Shown here: positions 26,106-36,194 of the stretch, in pieces | How positions within the stretch are numbered: the first letter of the stretch is position 1 | How the letters are laid out: every line of letters begins with the position of its first letter | NCBI RefSeq assembly: GCF_000143415.4 | Contig: NW_003314297.1 | Location: forward strand, 186,001-250,000 | DNA: 64,000 nt | Source: Selaginella moellendorffii | Lineage: Eukaryota > Plantae > Lycopodiophyta | Reading direction: 5' to 3' | Translations under genes and position numbers: made by a program | Notes under the pieces: generated by a model | Databases searched by the model: none | Seen by the model: only the letters and a program-made list of their open reading frames with translations | Told to the model about the DNA's origin: nothing

Positions 26106-27244
26106 AAGATGAGAGAAGTGGTGGAAGAGCTCACGAGTTTCGTGGAAGAACTCACTCGAGTATAAGAAACATAGCTAGGGTTTATGGTAGCAAGCGATGG
26201 CGCCCGTCGTCCTCTTGTCCGTTCTGTCTCTCGATTGGGAGATGGGCTCTTGTCTTGTAGGTGGCGGAGAAGCCCAACATTGCTGAAATGCTGGCTTCGT
26301 TTCTCTCTTCTGGTCGTTAAGTTTTTGCCTCCCAAGGTTTTCGCTCTCTCATTCCATTATTGAATCTCCTATTTTCTTCTTTTGTGGCTTGGAACACTCT
26401 CCTCCCAGGCCGGGGATTATGTTCACGAGTTGTCAGTCTTCAAGATGCCGATTAAAGGTTACTTCTGTCACTGGTCATGTCTATGGGTGAGAAACCGTCG
26501 TTCTTCGCATTCTTTGTTCTTCTTTTTACTATCTTTCTGGATTTTCCAGCATTGATTTTCCTCCAAAGTATCAGAACTGGGAGCAAACAGATCCATTGGA
26601 TCTTTTTGGAGCTCCTGCATTAAAAAACGAGGCACTCGCTTCCAGACTCGTTTCTTTCAAGGAAAATATGGCAACCTGGACTCGAGCGTCATCTCGTAGG
26701 CTGGTGTTGCTTTCTCATTGTTTCACGACAGTTTTGGACGTTGCCAGACTGCAACTCTTCTTCTTTTTTTTTGCGTGGAGCAGCACACTCAGATCATCAC
26801 ACTCGTTCCGAAGCCATTCTGGACTTTGTATCCGCGCTTGAGCAAAGGTGGGCACTCGCTGCAGGTGGGCTGGGAGCGTGGGAGTGTCTTTGAGCAGGCA
26901 GTAAGTTTTTTGGAAAGCTTTTTTCTCACCTTCACATCTTCTGGTATGAAGTTTTGCGTGCTTCTCTAGACATCTTTCCTCAGAAGGCGCTCAAGAGCGG
27001 TTCTCTAAAAGTCCTCGATGTTTCACAAAGGGAGGAGCTAAAGGCTCGTCCAACGGGACTTAACACTGTCAACATGCTCAAGGTTTGTTCCATATGATAG
27101 AGTTTTACATACTTAAAGATTCTTTTTCATTTTCATAGGTTGGTTCCACAGCTCTTCGCATGGATCCTCACCACGCCATGCAAGTCGCATAAGGTTTGCC
27201 ATTTTTTCTTTGCTATTCTTTCCTTCTCCTAGACAAACTAACAG
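26106..27244 (+). pseudogene. TOP3B: Inverted partial copy of the kinase 3' end plus TOP3B 5' half (pseudogene)
   Basis: Reverse complement of ~20608 to ~18945, introns included (atggcgcccgtcgtcctc, gtggcggagaagcccaacattgc, ctccaaagtatcagaactgggag, ccgcgcttgagcaaaggtgggcactcgctgc), with internal deletions including ~19591-20020. Confidence 0.9.
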
Positions 27245-28046
27245 TTGCTGGTTCTCAGTTGTTGGCAAGCTTCCTCGTCCAGAGGACGCAAATAGAGGAA
27301 ATGGAAACAAGCCGCACCTGCTAATGGCGAAACCAACGCCAATGAGGAAAGATTACACACTGGAGAGTAAGTATTTCTCATTATCTACGTTGGCAATATT
27401 TATTTCGATAAGCTACTTGCCAGGTACAAGTTTGCGGTGTACTAGGGGCGTGGTTGATCATGCTGGTTTTCAACTCGTTCTTGATTGTCCTTCCGGTCTC
27501 CGTTGGGCGTGCCATTGTCACTTCGTTATCTCGCCTTCCAAGGGGTGCACACTGCAATGGGGTAAAATGAGAAATCTTCTGTCGCTGCTTCGTCATCTGG
27601 GCGGCAGCTGCAGCGGTCCATAGTAACTATTTGAGTTCGCATAAGTTCTCAAGTGGTCAGCCATTGTGTTGAAGATTGTCCTACTCCGTCCTCTCGCTAT
27701 GGGTAAGTTTTGTTTCTACTGTTCCTGCTACAACTAGTTCTCATGACTTGTCGACGATCAGGTGATTGTCATTCCCGTTCTTATTGGTTTGCTGTTTGAG
27801 CTTCTGGTGGTGGTGCCACTGCGTGGATGAAAGCCCACTCCACTGATGCTTTCTGTTCTATACCACAAGCAATGGCAGGCCAGGCAACGCTGCCGATGGA
27901 TTATCCCGGCTCCGCGGGAAGCCTTTGAAAGCGCCGAGGAAGAGAAAGGTGGCTTCTCGGATGGGGAAGCTACGGCCGGGGCTGGGGCTGTTAGTCCTAT
28001 TGCTCCCGCGGATCAAGCTTCAAGGAAGGAATGATTGTTTGTATAC
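27245..28046 (+). pseudogene. SUD1: Inverted, deletion-ridden copy of the SUD1 3' half
   Basis: Reverse complement of ~31095 to ~29715 (cttcctcgtccagaggacgcaaatagaggaaatggaaa; gtgattgtcattcccgttcttattggtttgctgtttgagcttctggtggtggtgccactgcg; gccgaggaagagaaaggtg), introns retained. Confidence 0.9.
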
Positions 28047-28060
28047 AAGTCAGAGATCTC

Positions 28061-28580
28061 ATGAACCACCCTTTGAGCTTTACAAGTTTTCTGTAGTTCA
28101 CCTGCGAGAGAGTGGTGGTCTCGTTAAGGAACTGCTGCTCGTCCAGGGCCCCAAAGTTGGCGGAGCTTTTGCTGCGTTTGATGGCAACCACGGTGCTGTC
28201 TTGCAAGTAATCCACCGCTTCCCAACTTGAACCCCTCTTTGCCTTGGGTTGCAGCAACCCCTTTCATGTGCAGCAGCAGCCCAAGATAAGCAAGCCAAGA
28301 TAAGCAAGGAGCATGCAGAATAAGCTGCACCACCTTGGAATACTCCACCTTGATTAGAACATAACATTGCCGCGATCTTTCTCTGAATGCCGGTGCAGGG
28401 AAGGGCAATTGGAGGCAGACACATCTAGGAACAACACATCGAGAATCTACGTACCAAGACACCTCTGTTATGCATCGGCGATCCGGGACAAAGTCAGAGG
28501 CGCATTACTGTTTGGGGCTCCTGATCTCGAGCTTTCTCTCGGGGTAGAGAATGGTGAGGGAAGTTAGCATGAGAGTGTTG
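28061..28580 (-). pseudogene. Same-orientation, deleted copy of the WAK-like kinase N-terminal half
   Basis: Matches ~21198-22050. Translates to YLQDSTVVAIKRSKSSANFGALDEQQFLNETTTLSQVNYRKLVKLKGW, and the ectodomain piece SWYVDSR is present. Confidence 0.88.
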
Positions 28581-29733
28581 TAAAAGGGATCTTACTGACC
28601 AAATTGCTGACCAAAATTGTCCAGGCAATCCACCTCTTCACTCTTGCGGACAAAGATCTCTAGGGCAGTCGCGGAATGATTCTCCGTTGTCGCCTCTCGT
28701 AATAGACTTGGTTCGTGTGATGCATTTGCCCTCTACTGCGAGCATTCTCTCCCAAGCTCGAAAGTCTGCCAGGCTCGATCGAATTACCGTTGAGCATAGG
28801 GAATGTTTCTTCCATACTCACCAAAGAGGAGCCATTGCCAGCGGAGAGTTCATGGCGGAGCTGGAGCTCGTTGTCCGCGATAGATCTGTCAGGTGAGGTG
28901 TGTGTGCCGTGAATGGCGACGAACAATCGATGATACGCTCGCTCCCACCTCAGGGTCGCCCAATCCCTTTTTGTCAAGCCGACTGAGAATTTCCAGCGCA
29001 GTGAGTGGCACTTCTTCCATCGCCAGTGCCCTTGCTACCTTTGTTCTTTGAGCGGCCCTCCTCCATTTACGTCTGGTGCTACAGCGATCTCAACTCCTCC
29101 CCGGATATACGTGCATGAGAGTTTTGCGTTGACAGGATCGCTACATCTATGGCGAGTGGTCAGTGCGTGCATGTGGGAGTGATTTGCATGGATACCAACA
29201 GGATCTTGAGGTATAAAATGTGGGATGGCATACCAACTTGGTGTTGAGACCTACCTTCTGCTTGTCGATTCAGCCAACTGGCGTATCATGCACTTCGGAG
29301 TTGATTCCAAGTGCATGGTCAGAGGTGGAGGCACCAGACTTGAAGGAAGTTCAAGAGCTTGCTTGGTTCTTTCTTTCTCTTCTTACTAGAAATTTTGGTT
29401 TCCAGCGAAAGACTGGACCTTCAACCACGGTGAGGTCTGCTCAAATCTTTTCTTCTTTTGCTCTTTGTTGCTTTGCATCAGCCACAAACTTGAGCAATTG
29501 AGTTGCATGGTGCTGTTGCCTACTTCGACATTACGGCAGCCTGAAACCTTGGTCAGAGTTTGCTTAGCATTTTCTTGATTCGATGGGAATAGCTATGCAT
29601 CAGCCTCCTTTGTTACAGGGAGCAATCTGGGATGGAAAACTGCTCGGTCGACTCAGGGTGCTCCTCTTTCATAATCTTTTCTATAATAATTTACACACTG
29701 CTTTACTTCCGAGTATACAAACAATGATCCTCG

Positions 29734-32700
29734 CTATTCCTGCCTCAAAGCTTGATCCGCGGTAGCAATAGGACTAGCGGCCCCGGCCCCGTCCGCAGTA
29801 GCTTCCCCATCCGAGGAGGCACCTTTCTCTTCCTCCGCCGCCACTAGCGCTTTCGAAGGCTCGCCATAGTTGTGGAGCCTCTTGCCAATGAGATACCTGT
29901 CATCCCTGATCGCGTTGTGGACGTCGAGAAACAATTGCCTCAGCTGCCTCAGCCCATACCAGCCAGTTAGCAGCATCAGCGACCCGGCCCACGCGAACCG
30001 ATAAACTGCCGAGTTGATGAGGATGGAGAGGCCCAGCGCTGGAAACAGTCCCCGAGCAGCGACGTATGGGATGCTGAGAGCCGTCAGGAGCTTCACCAGC
30101 ACCGGAGCTACAATCTCCTGGAAAACCCACCACCCCCGGAGCCGGGAGAATCCATCGGCTTTCACTTGCTCGAACTTTCGCCTCCAGCTCTCGTCCGTGA
30201 GGAGCGTCGCCTGGCCCGCCATTGCCTGTGGTATAGAACAAAGAGCGCAAAGGCATCAGTGGAGTGAGAAAGGAGACAGCACAAACAGCGTACCAGTCGA
30301 GTCCAGATTTTCAAGAGGACGAGTCCGAGAGCCCAGTCTTGATACAGCAAGAAGACGGGGCTTTCATCCACAGGCACTCGCAGTGGCACCACCACCAGAA
30401 GCTCAAACAGCAAACCAATAAGAACGGGAATGACAATCACCTGATCATCGACAAGTCATGAGAAGAAACAAGAACAATAGAAACAAAACTTACCCATAGC
30501 GAGAGGAGCACGACGCTCTTCGACACAATGGCTGACCACTTGAGAACTTGCATGAAAAGAACCCACATGTCATGCGTCCTCAAATAGTTTACTATGTAAC
30601 GGACCGCTGCAGCTGCCGCCCAGATGACGAAGCAGCCGATATTAAACGCATAGAGATCTGAAATAAAGAAATGTTAGATTTCTCATTTTACCGGAGCTGT
30701 GCGACATACCATTGCAGTTTGCACCCCTCGTGATTGGAAGGCGAGAGAACGAGGTGACAATGGCACGCCCAACGGAGACCGGAAGGACAATCAAGGACGA
30801 GTTGAAAACCAGCATCGTCAACCACGCCCCGAGCAGAAGCAAAACAATGCGCACCGCGAACTTGTACCTGGTAACAGCAGTTTATCGAAATGAATACTGC
30901 CAACGTAGATAACGAGAAATACTTACTCTCCAGTGTCTAATCTTTCCTCGTCGGCGTCGGTTTCGCCATTAGCAGCTGGTGGTGGTGCGGCTTGTTCAGC
31001 AACGGCATTTCCATTTCCTCTATTTGTGTCTTCTGGACGAGGAAGGAGGTACTCGTAAAGATCGAGAGCCTTGCCCACAACTGAAAACCAGTAGAATAGA
31101 ACAGCCTTGATGGTCGCTCTTGGGCGGAAGTGTTCGAGAGCGAACGGTATGCATATATGAAACAAGAGCATGTCGGCAGGGAGCTCAGTAAACGGATCCG
31201 ATACTCTGCAGAAGAATAGCGTTCAGTTGAAGATAGATCAAACTTATGATACAGCTTTACCTTATGTCCAGAGGAAAAACGGAAAAAGCTAAATGCGTGG
31301 CCACTTGAACCGGAACAAACACCAGTAAAACAATCAAGCTTCCATACACGACCACAGAGAGAAGTACTCTTCTAGCGTGCTTATGAAGCGGATCGTCAAT
31401 CAAGTCGCGGAAAGGATTGTAATTTGGATCCGCCGGGTCACGCAAGAAATATAGGACTCCAGGGCGGAGAACCTGAAACTTAAAACCATTAGCATGAACT
31501 AGAAAACCCGGAAAAAATAGCAACTCACCTCACGCAACAAGCTCACAAAAATGCTTATCTGTAGCATGTAAAATATGCCGACCAGCCAATGCAGAAGAGA
31601 GCTGGTAAGGGGTGAGGCCCAGAAGAATGCAACTCGCTGTGCAAAGGACACCTTTAGCATAGCCAAGGTGCAAACGTCGAGCCACCATCCGCAAACCAAA
31701 GGAAAGACGCCGAGCTCGATGACCAGAAGGAAAGCCACCTTGAGCATCGTCGCCACATACCTCACGCAACCGATAATATGTCGGAACAAAGAAGGGGCAG
31801 CTTCGGCTAGTGACACCACCCCGCGAATTCGTCCGACCATAAGTGGCTCACCCCTTCCATAGCGGACGAGAAGTATCAGGCCGAGATAGAAGCTCAGCAG
31901 AAGAAAGATGACTCCATAGCCGACCGCGACGGTTGCTGCGTCGGAGAGCTGGATCGCAGTTACGAACACCTCGGCCATAGCATCGTAAACCGCAACAGCC
32001 TTGGCCACAACCTCCACTGGTCCTTCTGAGCGAGCAGGAGCTTTGCCAAGATTTAATACCGAGAGAAAGATACGGCCGATGGTAAACGGAACAAACGCAA
32101 CTATTCCCAGGAAAATGGCATTGCTTGCTAGAACCTGAAGAAGAAGAAACAAAAGAAGTGTAAGCAAACGAGAGCTTGGACTAGAAGAAACAAACTTACA
32201 GTGACCGCATTCTCGATCAAATGGTGGATCGGTCCCTGCATTCCAACGAGCTCGTCGAAAGGAACATCCTCAGCACCATCTGGATCGTCGGCTTCAAACA
32301 TCTGTTCCACGTGAGCTTCTATCCGCGCTGCGACGTTCTCAGCGTTCCTCCTGATGATCTCGCCAGCTCCAGCGGCTAGTCCCTGTCCCTGCCCAGCACC
32401 GCCATCGCCGTTCGCGGGAGGAGCGTGCTGCTGCCTATCAGCCTCCTGGCCAGCCACCTCCCGGATGTGTCTAAAGTACTCTCGCAGCGACGTTGCTCCA
32501 AGAAATATAAAGACGATCCCGGCCGAGATGAGGAAGCCATTCAAGCAGTCGGCGAAGAGGAAGGCCGGCGTGAGGAAGCGGGTGACGAAGAGCTTCTGGG
32601 CATCACCGAGGCTTCTCACGAAAGTCATCCTCCAAATCCAGAAGGTGGTGAAAGGGATGAAGAGCAGCCACACCGACAAGACGAGCACGAGCCTAGAGAA

Positions 32701-33111
32701 GAATCGCAGGCCCCTCCCGGCCTTGGCGACCATGCCATAGACGAGCTCGGTCACTGGGAGGCGCGTTGGAGCGTCCTCGGCATAGACCGGGGAGAAAGAG
32801 AACTGGTGCTTGCAAACCTGTGAAGAACGCGATAAATCTTGTGACTTGGAAGAAATTTCTCTTCTTCTTCTAGGCTAGACACAAACCTCGCATTGCTTGG
32901 CATTGCTGTGATTGAGCCACTGCAACAGGCACTCTTGATGCACGTACTTGATGCTGCCGCTGCAAGCGCAAGGATAGTAGAGCGGCGATCCATCCTCGCC
33001 CGATGTCCTGCAAATCCGGCAGACATCCTCCTCATCCTCAGCCGCGGCGGCGCCAGCGCCGCGATTCTCAGCTTCAATCCGAGAAGCGCTGCTCTCGATC
33101 TCCATCTCCAT
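29734..33111 (-). CDS. SUD1: E3 ubiquitin ligase SUD1/CER9 (Doa10/MARCH6 family)
   Basis: RING-CH EEDVCRICRTSGEDGSPLYYPCACSGSIKYVHQECLLQWLNHSNAKQCEVC; EDVPFDELVGMQGP; LRPGVLYFLRDPADPNYNPFRDLIDDP; HNAIRDDRYLIGKRLHNYGE. ATG placed at 33111 (MEMEIESS). Confidence 0.95.
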
Positions 33112-33597
33112 CTCCTTCTCGGGCAGCTCGATCGACTTCTCCAAACCCTAGCTAAGAGAGAATATTCCTTAAATTTGCCTGACGGACAATGGCGGAATCT
33201 TCTTTAACGTCTGTCGCATCTTTCTTTTACTTGCATTTGAATAGCCCGCCTTCTACACATTTGCATGCGCTTCGATAGGGTTTTCAGTGTAGTGGATTGG
33301 CGATTGAGCTAGACAAGGCGATGGCGCTAGCGATGGCGCTGCCCTGGTATGTGTGATTTCTTCCAAATGCAGCGCTTCTCTGATCGATGATTGCGGCCTT
33401 GTCGATACCGGCGTCCTCTTAGATCCGATTGTGTCACTGCGGCACAAGCATCGCCTCTCCGGTTCATAATCTCCGCACAAGCATCGACTCTGCGGTTCAT
33501 AATCTCCAGAATCTTGGAAGTTTTCTCACGATTCTCCGTCTGTCGCAGCTTGAATCGCGTGAAATCAAGGACCTTTCGCCGACTCCGTGTATACGCC

Positions 33598-35301
33598 ATG
33601 GGAACCTGGTCTTTCTTCCTCGCTATCGTACTCGCGAGCTTGTTCTCGTCGGCGGCTGAGCCAGGTTTGCTTTCTTCTCAGATGAATGCGCACTCTGTCT
33701 TATTTCTTTGTGCGTGTGTAGTGTCAGGTTTTCGAGAGCTCATAGTCGATTCGCCTCTTTACCTCACGTCCGCGAACTGCTCTTCGTTTGAGGAGAATAG
33801 AAGCAAGGCGTACTGCGCTCGCTTACGCGTTCTCGGACACTCGAAACAGATGCTGGATTTCGCCAAGTCCAGGATTATAAAGCTAGAAGAGGTCAACGCT
33901 ACGTACTTTCCCACAATCAAAGGAGCATGCGCAGTGTGGTACGTGGGATTTCTATGTATCATCGATCAAATGCTAACAGAACATTCTCTTTGTAGGGGGG
34001 GCAATGACTCGGATATCTGCCGATGCCCATACGGAAACTTGACGCCTGCGAAGAATCGATCTCTCTGGACTGGGCGCTATACAACAGTTGAATCTTATTT
34101 CTTGGACATCAAACTGGCGGAGTCACGGAATCTCGTCCGTGTTACAGCGACCGAAGGTCAGCCTACATTTTTATTTCTTTTTGCTTGTAACAGTTGTAGC
34201 ATGGTCAGAGTTCCATACCCCTCGGGTAGTCTTTCTTATACTTGGGATGGCGTTGCTGCTTCTGTCGACGATACTCAGTTCATGGGTTCCGCTATATTAC
34301 ACCAGCGCGATGAGCATCAGCATATTTTTTGTTGTGTTCTTCATTTTCCAGCAGGTACCGTTTGCGAGTTTCTTGAAAGTTTTGATGTAACTCTGTGTTT
34401 AAGGCTACGAGACGGTCTGGAACTGCGTTTCTGGTAAGCATACTGTTAAGTTTACAAGCTGACAAAAGCTTACGCTCAACAGTGGAGCTTCCGCTCAATT
34501 CGAACTATATATGGCGGCGCTTTCTTCCTCTTCATCCTCAGATATGAGATATTTGAAGGAATGTGGCGCGCGGTAAGCCTTTGGCGCGGTCCTGCCTTGT
34601 CTTTGTTTCATTCTTGTGCTTCCCATATAGGTGTTTTTGTTCTCTATCCTGGGAGTGTTTCTATTCGGCGCCTGGCTCGGCTACTGTGCAGTCCGCAAGT
34701 TCGTTTTGACTCCAGACGGGGAAGTTGATATTGGAACTGTTTACTTTGTTACATGGGCCATACGAATGGCCGGGACGGTCGCGCTTTCTCAGGTCGTATC
34801 CGCGCTATCGGTTGTCCCTTCTGACTTTGTCTGTGCAGAGCGCACCCCTCCCCATGGTCATACCGATAATCCCACTAGGCTGGCTTGCATCCTGGTTTGC
34901 AGACATAATGTTCACGACCGCAGGCATTACCGGAAGAAACCAACCTGCAGGCCACGGTGCTGATCACGGTAAGTAGGGTCTGTTCATCTCGCGAGCGCTA
35001 TTTAAGACGTGCGACTGCAGAGAGACCAAGAACTCCACGAGGTCGGCAGGACGGTAGAAGTCCCGGAAGTGGTAGAAGCCCCGAAAGTTCCAGAGGTCGC
35101 TCGGTTACTCCCACTGGAAGTCCTTCGACCAACGAGGCACTGAAGAGATTGCTCGCGTCACCGGAGTTTGCGGCCTGGGCCAAGGCTGGTTCTCCAACCA
35201 GTGAGACGAACACACAGCCGGAAAAAGAGGAGCAAGAAGAAGAACAGGCGACGGCAGGGCTGCTAGGAAAGCTTGGCTCAACACGGCGACGCTTGATTTG
35301 A
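33598..35301 (+). CDS. Nuclear envelope integral membrane protein (NEMP/PNET2, DUF2215-like)
   Basis: Signal peptide MGTWSFFLAIVLASLFSSAAE; TM exons RVVFLILGMALLLLSTILSSWVPLYYTSAMSISI and GAWLGYCAVRKFVLTPDGEVDIGTVYFVTWAIR; S/P-rich tail with TNEALKRLLASPEFAAW. Confidence 0.75.
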
Positions 35302-35428
35302 TGAAGGTAACTTTCCTCCATCGCAGCCCGATCCTCAACCCGCGAGCTTTTTGATCGATGCTAGGCACTTGATTCCATGAAGATTTTGTGAACCCGCGAA
35401 AATTTGGTCGAATAAAATTGAAAGAATT

Positions 35429-35510
35429 CGTGAGCGACAGGATTGGAACCTGCGCGGGCAGAGCCCACATGATTTCGAGTCATGCCCGATAACCACTCTG
35501 GCACGCTCAC
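35429..35510 (-). tRNA. trnS-CGA: tRNA-Ser(CGA), variant T-loop and D-stem
   Basis: GTGAGCG acceptor stem, anticodon loop CT-CGA-AA, long variable arm. T-loop is TTCCAAT instead of TTCGAAT. 82 nt. Confidence 0.85.
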
Positions 35511-35573
35511 ATTTAAGGTGATTAGCACCGAATATTTCAAGAATCTATGCAGCGCCAAAGAAAGAAAAGTTTT

Positions 35574-35655
35574 CGTGAGCGGCAGGATTCGAACCTGCGC
35601 GGGCAGAGCCCACATGATTTCTAGCCATGCCCGATAACCACTCCGGCACGCTCAC
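35574..35655 (-). tRNA. trnS-AGA: tRNA-Ser(AGA)
   Basis: GTGAGCGTGCCGGAGTGGTTATCGGGCATGGCTAGAAATCATGTGGGCTCTGCCCGCGCAGGTTCGAATCCTGCCGCTCACG; canonical cloverleaf with long variable arm, 82 nt. Confidence 0.93.
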
Positions 35656-35849
35656 GTTACGCATACATTAAATTTGCTAATTAGCTATAGAAGATATAGC
35701 ATTTCTTCATGGAAATTCTTTCTTTTCTTCTTTCTTGCCGATCACCTAACCATCGCTGGAACGCAAGAGCGATGGATCGACCGAGGCGGTGAAGCGTCGG
35801 CGCCATTCCAGGAGCTTCTCTTCTCTCGATTCGTCATGGACGCGGATTC

Positions 35850-36000
35850 TGAGGTTCTCATTGACCGTTTTGCTCGACTGTAAGAAGTGATGCCAACAAT
35901 TGGCGGCAGCAAGAACAGAAGCTGTCGCCAGCAAGCTTGCAACAAGACCAGCTTTTGCAACGGACACGCTTTGCCGTTCCATTGCCTCCAATAGAGCCTT
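35850..36000 (-). pseudogene. MCM8: MCM8-like AAA+ exon fragment
   Basis: [33 protein letters not shown]...KTVNENLR matches the MCM8 segment [45 protein letters not shown] with a short deletion. The rest of the gene is absent. Confidence 0.7.
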
Positions 36001-36194
36001 GAAAAAAAAAGAATAAAGATGCACATAAGATGAACTCGGCCCCTGGATTGGCACCGGAAAAACTCCACCAGATCGCCAGAGAGCTTCGCTCTGCGATCTT
36101 CCGGATCGTAGCTCACTCCTGCGAAGTAGAGCCGTCAGTCGAGCTGCGAGATACATTTTCCAACAACAACGTATGCCACGTGGCAGGATATTAA

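Noticed and set aside
28600-29560. Exon-like fragments between the mosaic and SUD1
   Set aside because: Splice-like signals present, but stops interrupt the frames and no homology was recognisable.
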